Of a stretch of DNA of 51,088 bases, positions 8,300-16,173 are shown in pieces. The stretch's first letter is position 1, and each line of letters begins with the position of its first letter. The position numbers and the translations under genes were made by a program. The DNA is taken from positions 1-51,088 of IMG/VR virus record IMGVR_UViG_3300020045_016223, one strand, 5' to 3'. The notes under the pieces are model-generated. The model was not told where the DNA came from. It did not search any database and saw nothing but the letters and a program-made list of their open reading frames with translations. The DNA is from a virus. Its lineage: Duplodnaviria; Caudoviricetes.

Positions 8300-8536
8300 T
8301 CAAACTCCCTTTTTTCTCCTCTCCTCGCAAACTTGATCAAGATTTTCTGCTATAGTAAAAAGTACGCGTATAATATCATCCAATTTATTAGATTGATAAT
8401 TAATTAATCCTCTTAACATCTTTGTTTCCTTATCTTGAGGTGAAATATTGTTTGGCAGCTCTCCAACCCAAACTAAATGATCAAAATTTCTTTCTCTTAT
8501 GTTCGTTATAAACTCTTTTACATTTTCTATTTTCAT
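8300..8536 (-). CDS. Hypothetical protein
   Basis: 78 aa behind the conserved ACATACGGAGAGAAAAG leader. Confidence 0.75.
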   Translation of the reverse strand: MKIENVKEFITNIRERNFDHLVWVGELPNNISPQDKETKMLRGLINYQSNKLDDIIRVLFTIAENLDQVCEERRKKGV

Positions 8537-8630
8537 CTTTTCTCTCCGTATGTTGGTTGTTTCTCTCTCACTCTCTATAGATAACTCATTTAAATTATTT
8601 TTGCAATACTTTTTTTAAAAAATATTAAAT
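8534..8630 (-). promoter_or_regulatory. Promoter-plus-leader cassette, copy 1
   Basis: AAAAAAAGTATTGCAAAAATAATTTAA..GTTAT...ACATACGGAGAGAAAAGATG; near-identical copy at 10695-10794 (+). Confidence 0.75.
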
Positions 8631-8725
8631 ATATTTATAAATCTTCAATTCCCCTACAAATTCCATACCTTAGAGGGGATAAAAAAAATCTTCCAAAGTT
8701 AGACAAAATATTTTAACTTAATTTT

Positions 8726-9139
8726 ATGAAAAATTTATTTATAACTATCCCATACCCCCCATCCGTTAATCGGATATATCATAACAGAATCATCACTAAA
8801 GATTTATGTGCAAAAAATCATCTAAGAGGAAGGGGGCTTACTAAAGAAGCTAAAGCCTATAAAACGTACGTCTCTAACCTCTTACACTACTCCTTTCTTA
8901 ATTCAAAATTCGGGGATGAAAATGTCAAGGTAACTATCTTAGACAATCCAGCTAATAGACGAGGAGATAGCCATAATGGCCTAAAAATCGTGTTCGATGC
9001 CATGCAGCTCTCAGGAATCATTAATAACGACAAACAAATCGTTGCTTATGAAGTCATCCCAGGAGCTATAAAAAAACCTCCCGTATGGTGTCTTAAGATA
9101 GAACCCTACACATTACCACTAGAAGCAAAAGAACTATGA
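8726..9139 (+). CDS. rusA: RusA-like Holliday junction resolvase
   Basis: PYPPSVN; RRGDSHNGLKIVFDAM; GIINNDKQI. Confidence 0.8.
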   Translation: MKNLFITIPYPPSVNRIYHNRIITKDLCAKNHLRGRGLTKEAKAYKTYVSNLLHYSFLNSKFGDENVKVTILDNPANRRGDSHNGLKIVFDAMQLSGIINNDKQIVAYEVIPGAIKKPPVWCLKIEPYTLPLEAKEL

Positions 9140-9828
9140 GCAAAACTTCCTTTATCCCCGATCTTATTCCTTATAATGAAATGCATCATTTTCTCAAGGA
9201 AAAATTTAACATTACGCATGAGGAACTCAGATATTGGATAAAAATGAGCCTAACTTTTATTAAAGATAAATTTTATGATATTGATGAGGATATCACCCTT
9301 TATATGGAAGATTCTGTACAGAATGATGTGTATTTATTGTTTCCTTATGTAAGTGATCTGCCAGATATAAATAGTGCTTATCAACTTTCTGAAAATGAGT
9401 TTTTTTATCCAGAATATTGCTTTTATAGCAAACAAGCAGTACTCCAATTCAAACCATCTTATCATTTACGCTTTGTCTATCAAAAAGACCTAACAGGAAA
9501 AAGAAATTGGAATGATTATAGAATTGGGTCAAGAGATTCTCCACTTTCTAAAATTTTATTAAAGGCTAATGAACATGGAATGTTGAGATTCTATGATTAT
9601 TCTATTGATGAATTTACCAGAAATGCTACGCCGTCCCAAAAATGGTGTCAAAGCTTTGAAGGAGAAGAATATATAAAAAGTCCTGAAAGCTTCTTTCTTC
9701 TTTGTGACATCCTCAATGTCGAAAGAGTGTTTCTAGGAAAAAATAAGGAACTCTGCCTAAATGAACTTGGTATAAAACCTCTGGACCTTCCCAAAAATGT
9801 TATTAACCTTAAAAAGAAAAAGGATTAA
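9136..9828 (+). CDS. Hypothetical protein
   Basis: 230-aa ORF, ATGA overlap with rusA. Confidence 0.75.
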   Translation: MSKTSFIPDLIPYNEMHHFLKEKFNITHEELRYWIKMSLTFIKDKFYDIDEDITLYMEDSVQNDVYLLFPYVSDLPDINSAYQLSENEFFYPEYCFYSKQAVLQFKPSYHLRFVYQKDLTGKRNWNDYRIGSRDSPLSKILLKANEHGMLRFYDYSIDEFTRNATPSQKWCQSFEGEEYIKSPESFFLLCDILNVERVFLGKNKELCLNELGIKPLDLPKNVINLKKKKD

Positions 9829-9831
9829 GAA

Positions 9832-10215
9832 ATGAAAGACACAACCCGAAAAAAACAAACAAAAGATCAAAATCTCCAAGAAAGAATAGATAAACTCCTA
9901 GTCATCTTCAATGCCCCTGAGACATCATGCATCTTTTGGAAGGTAAATGAACCACATGCACACCTTATGGGTATACGTCCCGTAAAAAGAACTACCGTAG
10001 AGGTCGTTAACCCTAATGGATTTAATCCTTATGACAAAAAAATTGAAGAAAACTTGTTTAAATGCTTTAAAATATTTATTTTAGATAGTAAAGACAAGCT
10101 TATAGTGACAGATGAAGAAATAAAGAATAAGCAAGAAATAGAAAAGAATGGTATTATTTACATCAAGAACAATGATTTAGTTTATATTTTTGATGCTGTG
10201 AGGAAATCAACATGA
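9832..10215 (+). CDS. Hypothetical protein
   Basis: 127-aa ORF within the operon. Confidence 0.7.
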   Translation: MKDTTRKKQTKDQNLQERIDKLLVIFNAPETSCIFWKVNEPHAHLMGIRPVKRTTVEVVNPNGFNPYDKKIEENLFKCFKIFILDSKDKLIVTDEEIKNKQEIEKNGIIYIKNNDLVYIFDAVRKST

Positions 10216-10670
10216 AATCTGAAGAGAAAAAGACTTTATCTAATGGAAATATTCCACGTGGAAAAAGAGAAGTCGGAGAGCGTAATAAAAGAACAAGGTT
10301 GATGGAGATTATAGGAGAAGAAAACTATAATGCCATTTGTAAAATGCACATGGAGACAGCCCTTTATTGTGAAGATCAAAAGCTGAGAGCAAGCGCACAA
10401 GCATTTCTTATAGAGAGGATGGAGCCTAAGCCTTCCCCCATACCTCACAAAACCTATATCAATCTTCCTCTATTAGCTATGGATTCTATGGATAATATTA
10501 AAGAGAATGAAAAGATTCTACTTAAACACGTTTGTGGAGGGCATATATCTATAGAAGAAGGGGAGAAGCTATTCTCTATGACAGAACAAGCCCGCAAGAC
10601 CTATGAGACTACTGAAATAGCAAAAATGCTTAGAGAAATGGATGATCGTATGAGGGAAAATGGTCTATAG
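10212..10670 (+). CDS. Putative terminase small subunit (DUF5681-like N-terminus)
   Basis: SNGNIPRGKREVGERNKRT resembles SGNPxGRPxGxRNK; AQAFLIERMEPKP; lies upstream of TerL. Confidence 0.5.
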   Translation: MKSEEKKTLSNGNIPRGKREVGERNKRTRLMEIIGEENYNAICKMHMETALYCEDQKLRASAQAFLIERMEPKPSPIPHKTYINLPLLAMDSMDNIKENEKILLKHVCGGHISIEEGEKLFSMTEQARKTYETTEIAKMLREMDDRMRENGL

Positions 10671-10694
10671 CATTGATTTTGTTTGCTTAATGTT

Positions 10695-10794
10695 TTTTAA
10701 CATTTTTTTAAAAAAAGTATTGTAAAAATAATTTAAGCGTGTTATAAATAAGATGTTAGGTGAGTTAACAACAGACATACGGAGAGAAAAGATG
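10695..10794 (+). promoter_or_regulatory. Promoter-plus-leader cassette, copy 2
   Basis: TTGTAA-17 bp-TATAAA, then ACATACGGAGAGAAAAGATG. Confidence 0.75.
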
Positions 10795-10998
10795 GATAAA
10801 GTTTTTGTGGTCATGGATATAGAATCAGTTTTTTTAGCGGTTTATTCTTCAAGAGAAAAAGCACAACAGTTCGTTGATAGAATGAGAGGGACATATTTAG
10901 GGAATGCGTTAATTGTTGAAGAAACACCGATTGATGATTTTTCAATGTTTGAGCCTTTTACAGACGAACAATTACTTAAAGCTCTTTCAAAGATTTGA
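10792..10998 (+). CDS. Small phage protein
   Basis: Start re-assigned to MDKVFVV behind GGAG; 'VYSSREKAQ' is typical of small phage early proteins. Confidence 0.75.
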   Translation: MDKVFVVMDIESVFLAVYSSREKAQQFVDRMRGTYLGNALIVEETPIDDFSMFEPFTDEQLLKALSKI

Positions 10999-11033
10999 AT
11001 CAATAAATTAACCACAACATACGGAGAGAGAAG

Positions 11034-11234
11034 ATGATTAAATTTTATGAAACTTTAGAATCTGGTCATGATGTGTTGATTGGTTCTTTCCATACGTGGG
11101 AAGAGGCAGATGAAGCATTAGAAGACTACAAAATAAATAATCCTAAAAACAAAGCTTATATTATTGGGTGCGCCTTTCGTTCTAAAGAGTATTTGTTATC
11201 AATTGGCGCGTTCGAATTAGAAAATGACAATTAA
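11034..11234 (+). CDS. Small phage protein
   Basis: Preceded by a third ACATACGGAGAGA leader. Confidence 0.75.
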   Translation: MIKFYETLESGHDVLIGSFHTWEEADEALEDYKINNPKNKAYIIGCAFRSKEYLLSIGAFELENDN

Positions 11235-11236
11235 AA

Positions 11237-11410
11237 ATGGAAGAAGTAAAAAAAAGAATTTCTCAACTTATGTTGTTGGGATTTTTTTCATCAATAATAA
11301 TTGGTTGGCTAATTAATTGTCAAGATTACGGGTTTGCAGCATTTTTATTTTGCACTTTTCTTTTTTGCATTCTTGTTGTTCTTGTTGGTGCTGTTATTTA
11401 TAAGGAATAA
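11237..11410 (+). CDS. 57-aa two-TM membrane protein (not in ORF track)
   Basis: MEEVKKRISQLMLLGFFSSIIIGWLINCQDYGFAAFLFCTFLFCILVVLVGAVIYKE fills the gap exactly. Confidence 0.6.
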   Translation: MEEVKKRISQLMLLGFFSSIIIGWLINCQDYGFAAFLFCTFLFCILVVLVGAVIYKE

Positions 11411-11415
11411 ATAAA

Positions 11416-11628
11416 ATGTCTAAATTGTATGTGGTGCTTGGTTTAAAATATCCGCCAAAAAATTTTGATGTTTTTGCAAACATTACATTAAGATCGGAAG
11501 GGCCAATTGAGATTGTCCAATTTATCTGTGAAAATAAGGAAAAAGTTGAAGAAATTAAAAAATCATACATAGATATAACAAGTGTCTATGAAATAGACGC
11601 AAAATTAATCAACATAGATGAGAGTTGA
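11416..11628 (+). CDS. Hypothetical protein
   Basis: 70 aa, AAGGA RBS. Confidence 0.65.
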   Translation: MSKLYVVLGLKYPPKNFDVFANITLRSEGPIEIVQFICENKEKVEEIKKSYIDITSVYEIDAKLINIDES

Positions 11629-11652
11629 AATGAGTATAGAGGAGAGCAAAAA

Positions 11653-11883
11653 ATGATAATGAATTACGAAAAATTTAAAAAAGATTTTCCTACGTTAAGT
11701 AAATATGGATTATATTTCAAAAAAATTGACGAAATGAAGGAAGAGGGAACTTATGACCCAAATCGTATTACAGATATACAGAATCTTTTTTCTGACATTG
11801 ATAATATAAGAGACGAGTTGGAGCGTTTAGATGACTTGGAGCGTTTAGATGACAGAAAAGATAATAGAGAAGATTTGAAATGA
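11653..11883 (+). CDS. Hypothetical protein with an 18-bp in-frame duplication
   Basis: AGGAG RBS; TTGGAGCGTTTAGATGAC x2 at 11818-11853 (LERLDD x2). Confidence 0.7.
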   Translation: MIMNYEKFKKDFPTLSKYGLYFKKIDEMKEEGTYDPNRITDIQNLFSDIDNIRDELERLDDLERLDDRKDNREDLK

Positions 11884-12311
11884 GCAGTGATAAGATGGAT
11901 GAAAGTCTAACAAATATTTTTTCAGGAAGTTCACGGCATAATGTTGTTAAGATTAGACCTTTTACGAACAAAAAGATTTATCTCCAAATATGTATTGGAA
12001 GTAGCATAGCGCGAGAGCTAGAGTGGATGGATGGGGACTTCATAGATGTTGAATTTAATCCAAAAAAAAACATTGTGTTGCTAAAAAATATAAATAAAAT
12101 TAAAGATGAATATTCAGAATATTGGCCTATTAAAAAGTATATTTTTAGAAGAATAAACAAAAGTTATTCATACTCTGTTAATTTACCTTATGTTTGTTTT
12201 AATAATGAAAATATAAAAAACAAAGTAGTAGATCATGAGATCATAGAAGAAAACGGGAATAAGTTTCTAAAGATTTATTTGAGTGGGAAAGAAGATGAAA
12301 ATAAGCAATGA
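11880..12311 (+). CDS. Possible AbrB/MraZ-fold DNA-binding protein
   Basis: ICIGSSIARELEWMDGDFIDVEF resembles the swapped-hairpin motif IPxxxRxxLxxxxGD. Confidence 0.45.
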   Translation: MSSDKMDESLTNIFSGSSRHNVVKIRPFTNKKIYLQICIGSSIARELEWMDGDFIDVEFNPKKNIVLLKNINKIKDEYSEYWPIKKYIFRRINKSYSYSVNLPYVCFNNENIKNKVVDHEIIEENGNKFLKIYLSGKEDENKQ

Positions 12312-12561
12312 AGAAGGTCAAGGGTCTTTTATTTGGTCTCAATCAAAAGTTAGGACGCTATTAACATGTTTTGACACAATCTGTGATAAAGAGCGGTACG
12401 AAGATATTTTAGCTGCCATTTTAATATTTTATGTGCAGAAGCACAAGGAATGTGAATCTAAAAATATTAGTGTTGAATTCCATGCAGAACAATTAAAAGA
12501 TAACTTTCTTAGTCTTAGAAAAGAAATGGATGAGGATCAAGAAAATGAACCAATCCTATAA
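12295..12561 (+). CDS. Hypothetical protein
   Basis: ORF overlapping the previous gene; ATG at 12295 preferred. Confidence 0.6.
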   Translation: MKISNEEGQGSFIWSQSKVRTLLTCFDTICDKERYEDILAAILIFYVQKHKECESKNISVEFHAEQLKDNFLSLRKEMDEDQENEPIL

Positions 12562-12579
12562 TGATATTTCTTCTAATCT

Positions 12580-12969
12580 TTATTTGGTTTTTGATTTACC
12601 TTCTTGAATCTCGCTTATGGGAAGGAGCCATTGGTTTTTAAGAGCAAGCTGCTTATATTTTGTTATATCCCCTCCTATTAAAATCTTTTCCTTATTGTGG
12701 CAAAATAAAATCTCTAACTCATTGATTTTGTCACTGCATATCTTTATCATATCTGCTTCTGAAATTTCTCTATACGTAAGAGTATTTTTATAATCGTTGT
12801 CGTGTAAGTGCATGTTATAACTTTGATTAACATAAATGTATTTAATGTGTTTCACCCATTCATTCTCTTTCTCTCCTTTAATTGAATATACGAATACTTT
12901 TCCAAGATATACTTGCTGTACCATCCATACTCCAATGATATAGTCTGTACTCTTTACCTTGATGATCAT
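12580..12969 (-). CDS. Hypothetical protein (opposite-strand moron)
   Basis: Open frame with ATG (MIIKVK) behind AGGA. Confidence 0.65.
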   Translation of the reverse strand: MIIKVKSTDYIIGVWMVQQVYLGKVFVYSIKGEKENEWVKHIKYIYVNQSYNMHLHDNDYKNTLTYREISEADMIKICSDKINELEILFCHNKEKILIGGDITKYKQLALKNQWLLPISEIQEGKSKTK

Positions 12970-13053
12970 GCTTGCTTTCCTAATGTTAATTTGCAATTTT
13001 AATAAAATTTGTGATAAAACACTCTGTAATGCAATACAAATTTACAAAATGAC

Positions 13054-14271
13054 GTGAATTTACAGTCTTTTAAAAAAATACATAGAAGTTTCTCAGATAG
13101 GCTAGACATTTACAATCCTAAAATAGAACAAAGGTTTGTTGATGAAGCCGCTCTGTATTCCTCATCTCTTCATGCCTTTGTTAAGGGTGCTTGGCCAATT
13201 ATAGAAGGAGGACGGGAATTTGTAGATGGATGGCATATTCAGGCTATCTGTGAGCATTTAGAAGCCGTTTATAGAGGAGAAATAAAAATGCTCCTTATTA
13301 ACGAACCGCCACGTTGCATGAAATCAACGGCATTTCCTGTATCTATGCCAGCTTGGATATGGACACGTGAACCATCTTTTCAATTCCTATTCTTATCCTA
13401 TGTTGCAAGGCTAACTATAAGAGACAGCGTAAAATGTCGCCGTATTATCAACTCAAAATGGTATCAGGAAAGATGGGGTCATACATTTCAACTTCTAGGA
13501 GATGTTAACTCAAAGATTAGGTTTGATAACAACAAGACAGGCTATCGAATTGCTACATCTATTGGAGGAGCAGGAACGGGAGAGGGAGGGGATATTATCG
13601 GGATAGATGACCCTAATGACGCTGGTGAGACAGAATCAGATGTTATCAGGGAATCAACAAATGAATGGTGCGACCATGTTTTATCAACGCGTTTAAACAA
13701 TCCAAAAACAGGAAGGATTGTTGTCGTTCAACAAAGATTACATTCACAAGATTATTCGGGACATATTTTATCTAAGGAAATCCCAGAACTTGTCCATCTT
13801 TGCTTACCTATGGAGTTTGAGAGGTCGCGTAGGTGCATAACTGTCCCACTTCCTAGTACAAATGGAAAGCCTTGGAAAGACCCACGCTTGAATGATGGTG
13901 ATTTGTTATGGCCTGAACGATTCGGGGCTGAACAAGTCGAAACCTTAAAAAAGTCAATGAATAGTGAGTATGTCATTGCAGGACAGCTTCAACAACGCCC
14001 TTCTCCCGCTAAAGGAGGAATTCTTAAAAAGGATTGGTTCCAATGGTGGAAAGAGCCATCTCCCCCCCAATGTGAATTTGTCCTTCAATCATGGGATACG
14101 GCTTTAAGCACAAAAGCAAATGCTTGTTATAGTTGTTGTACCACTTGGGGAGTTTTTAAAGATAAATACGATGTATCTCACGCTATCTTGCTTGATACAT
14201 GGCATGGCAGGGTAGAATATCCTGATTTGCGTAGAATGGCGACAAGGTTAGCCCGATATGATTCTCATTGA
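13054..14271 (+). CDS. terL: Terminase large subunit, N-terminal part (ATPase plus start of nuclease)
   Basis: GWHI..ICEHLE, INEPPRCMKS (Walker A), IGIDDP (Walker B), VQQRLH, QLQQRP, QSWDTA. Confidence 0.92.
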   Translation: MNLQSFKKIHRSFSDRLDIYNPKIEQRFVDEAALYSSSLHAFVKGAWPIIEGGREFVDGWHIQAICEHLEAVYRGEIKMLLINEPPRCMKSTAFPVSMPAWIWTREPSFQFLFLSYVARLTIRDSVKCRRIINSKWYQERWGHTFQLLGDVNSKIRFDNNKTGYRIATSIGGAGTGEGGDIIGIDDPNDAGETESDVIRESTNEWCDHVLSTRLNNPKTGRIVVVQQRLHSQDYSGHILSKEIPELVHLCLPMEFERSRRCITVPLPSTNGKPWKDPRLNDGDLLWPERFGAEQVETLKKSMNSEYVIAGQLQQRPSPAKGGILKKDWFQWWKEPSPPQCEFVLQSWDTALSTKANACYSCCTTWGVFKDKYDVSHAILLDTWHGRVEYPDLRRMATRLARYDSH

Positions 14272-14638
14272 AGCAAAAGCAAATGGATTGTCTCTCATAC
14301 AGGATTTAAACCGTGCAGGATTAATAGTTAACCGTTTTGACCCTGTTAAACATGGAGGGGGAGACAAAACAGTTAGGGCACGTCTTATGAGCCATGTATT
14401 AGAAGCTGGTAGGGTATGGGTTCCTGCTAAACCTCCACATTATACATCCCTACGTAATTATGCTGATGTTTTTGTAGATGCGTGCACATCATTCCCTAAT
14501 GACGTGGATTCACGGGATTATGTAGATAGCATGAGCCAAGCTATTATAAAGCTTATGTCGTCAGGACTTATAGGCAATCCTGATGACGCAGAATTAAGTT
14601 TAAGGTATAATAGGTGGGAAGGTGAGAAATTCTATTAA
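14258..14638 (+). CDS. terL: Terminase large subunit, C-terminal nuclease part in the +1 frame
   Basis: (PD)MILIEAKANGLSLIQDL, DKTVRA, GRVWVP, FPN...DYVDSMSQA. Confidence 0.88.
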   Translation: MILIEAKANGLSLIQDLNRAGLIVNRFDPVKHGGGDKTVRARLMSHVLEAGRVWVPAKPPHYTSLRNYADVFVDACTSFPNDVDSRDYVDSMSQAIIKLMSSGLIGNPDDAELSLRYNRWEGEKFY

Positions 14639-14641
14639 GGG

Positions 14642-15109
14642 GTGAACATTATGAGTAAATTTGTAGAACGGTTGTTAAAAATAACAATCATATTTTTGAT
14701 TTTTATTGGAATGTTTATATATTTTTCCTGTGGTAGTTCATCAGGATGTGAAAACAACTTGACAACTTCTCGTGAAGATCAAACAACACAACATTATTTG
14801 AGCGATTCTCAGGAAGATGCAATAGCAAAACAGCAGGAGCTTTTTGATTTTTATCATAAACAAAAGAATTTAACGAATGAGAATGAAACATTACATGAAA
14901 TTATAAATGCACAACCGATAGAGATTGAAGACAAAGAACGTCAGATAAAAATACAAGAGAAACAGGTGCAAGCACCAATAGAGCGTGCAAAAGTAGATGT
15001 CTCAACGGTTAAAAAGGCAGAGGAGGTAGGACAACAAGTAGCAAAAGAGACTACACGCGTTGTCCATCAGGTCAATAGAGAAGCAAAACGAATCTTAAAG
15101 AAATTTTAG
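14642..15109 (+). CDS. Membrane-anchored or secreted coiled-coil protein
   Basis: Hydrophobic N-terminal segment followed by a Gln/Glu/Lys-rich helical region. Confidence 0.6.
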   Translation: MNIMSKFVERLLKITIIFLIFIGMFIYFSCGSSSGCENNLTTSREDQTTQHYLSDSQEDAIAKQQELFDFYHKQKNLTNENETLHEIINAQPIEIEDKERQIKIQEKQVQAPIERAKVDVSTVKKAEEVGQQVAKETTRVVHQVNREAKRILKKF

Positions 15110-15390
15110 GATTTTTCAATCTCCATTATATTTGGTTCATAAAAACTAATGATATCTGTTAACCTTATTGTTAAATCTGGATTGTTTGTATTTGGCTCTT
15201 GATGTTCACATGATCTATTAAATTCTTTTCTCCACTCATCTAAATTTAATCCATCGAAAGTAAAATTAACTGTCCATATATATACTGGCGGACAAGAATA
15301 TACAATTTTTTCAATCATCTCAAATTCGGTATCATTTGGCATTCCTGATATAAAACTTAAAAACTCCTCTTTTGTTATTTTTTTTGACAT
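15106..15390 (-). CDS. Hypothetical protein (opposite-strand moron)
   Basis: 94 aa, AAGGA RBS. Confidence 0.65.
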   Translation of the reverse strand: MSKKITKEEFLSFISGMPNDTEFEMIEKIVYSCPPVYIWTVNFTFDGLNLDEWRKEFNRSCEHQEPNTNNPDLTIRLTDIISFYEPNIMEIEKS

Positions 15391-15400
15391 TGTTTTTCCT

Positions 15401-16045
15401 TCAATGAAAAGTAGGCTTAGTCTCTATTTCCTTGTAGCATTCAACAACTTTAAATATTCTTCGTAGGCTCTCAAATTCATCTGAGACAATAAAAGATAGT
15501 CTTTCAGATATGCTATTAATGAACTCATTATTAAGATATCTTTTATTTAAAATAAAATTAACTATTGTTGTGTAGTAATAAAATAAATTATTAAGAATCA
15601 TTATTATGAAACAATAGTCATTTCCTGATATTTCTATATTTATTTCTGTATTTAGGTCGTAAGAATTAATTGTTTCTAATAGTTTATCAGATTGTTTTAA
15701 TGCGAGTGATAAATGTGCGAGTGCTTCTGTGCAAAAATCGATGATTAATTTATGTCTTGGGTCATGATGATCAATATGATCCTCATAAATTTCATATATT
15801 TTATATAATTCAGCAAATAATAGAGCAAGATCGCTTCCGCAACTGGCTGAAATATTATTTATAAGTTTAGTATAATTAATGAATGATTCAAGTCTATAGT
15901 AATCTAGAGAGTCTTGATTTGTATTATTTGTAATGTAAAGAGAAGGAAATTTATGTGCCATTGCATAAATATTTCCTCCAAATAATTGCTTTTCCGATTC
16001 CATTTTTAGTTGAGTTCCAAGTGTATCTTCAAATGTTTTAGTCAT
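15401..16045 (-). CDS. Hypothetical helical protein (very AT-rich moron)
   Basis: 214-aa open frame divergent from the portal gene. Confidence 0.7.
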   Translation of the reverse strand: MTKTFEDTLGTQLKMESEKQLFGGNIYAMAHKFPSLYITNNTNQDSLDYYRLESFINYTKLINNISASCGSDLALLFAELYKIYEIYEDHIDHHDPRHKLIIDFCTEALAHLSLALKQSDKLLETINSYDLNTEINIEISGNDYCFIIMILNNLFYYYTTIVNFILNKRYLNNEFINSISERLSFIVSDEFESLRRIFKVVECYKEIETKPTFH

Positions 16046-16173
16046 CTTACAATGCTTTTCTTATGTTCCTATCTTATGATAGGCAATAAATTTGTCATTA
16101 GTAAACTATTTTCTATTTCTAAATTAGTAAAATTTGTATATAATTTTATATATTTACATTTTGAGATGACGCC

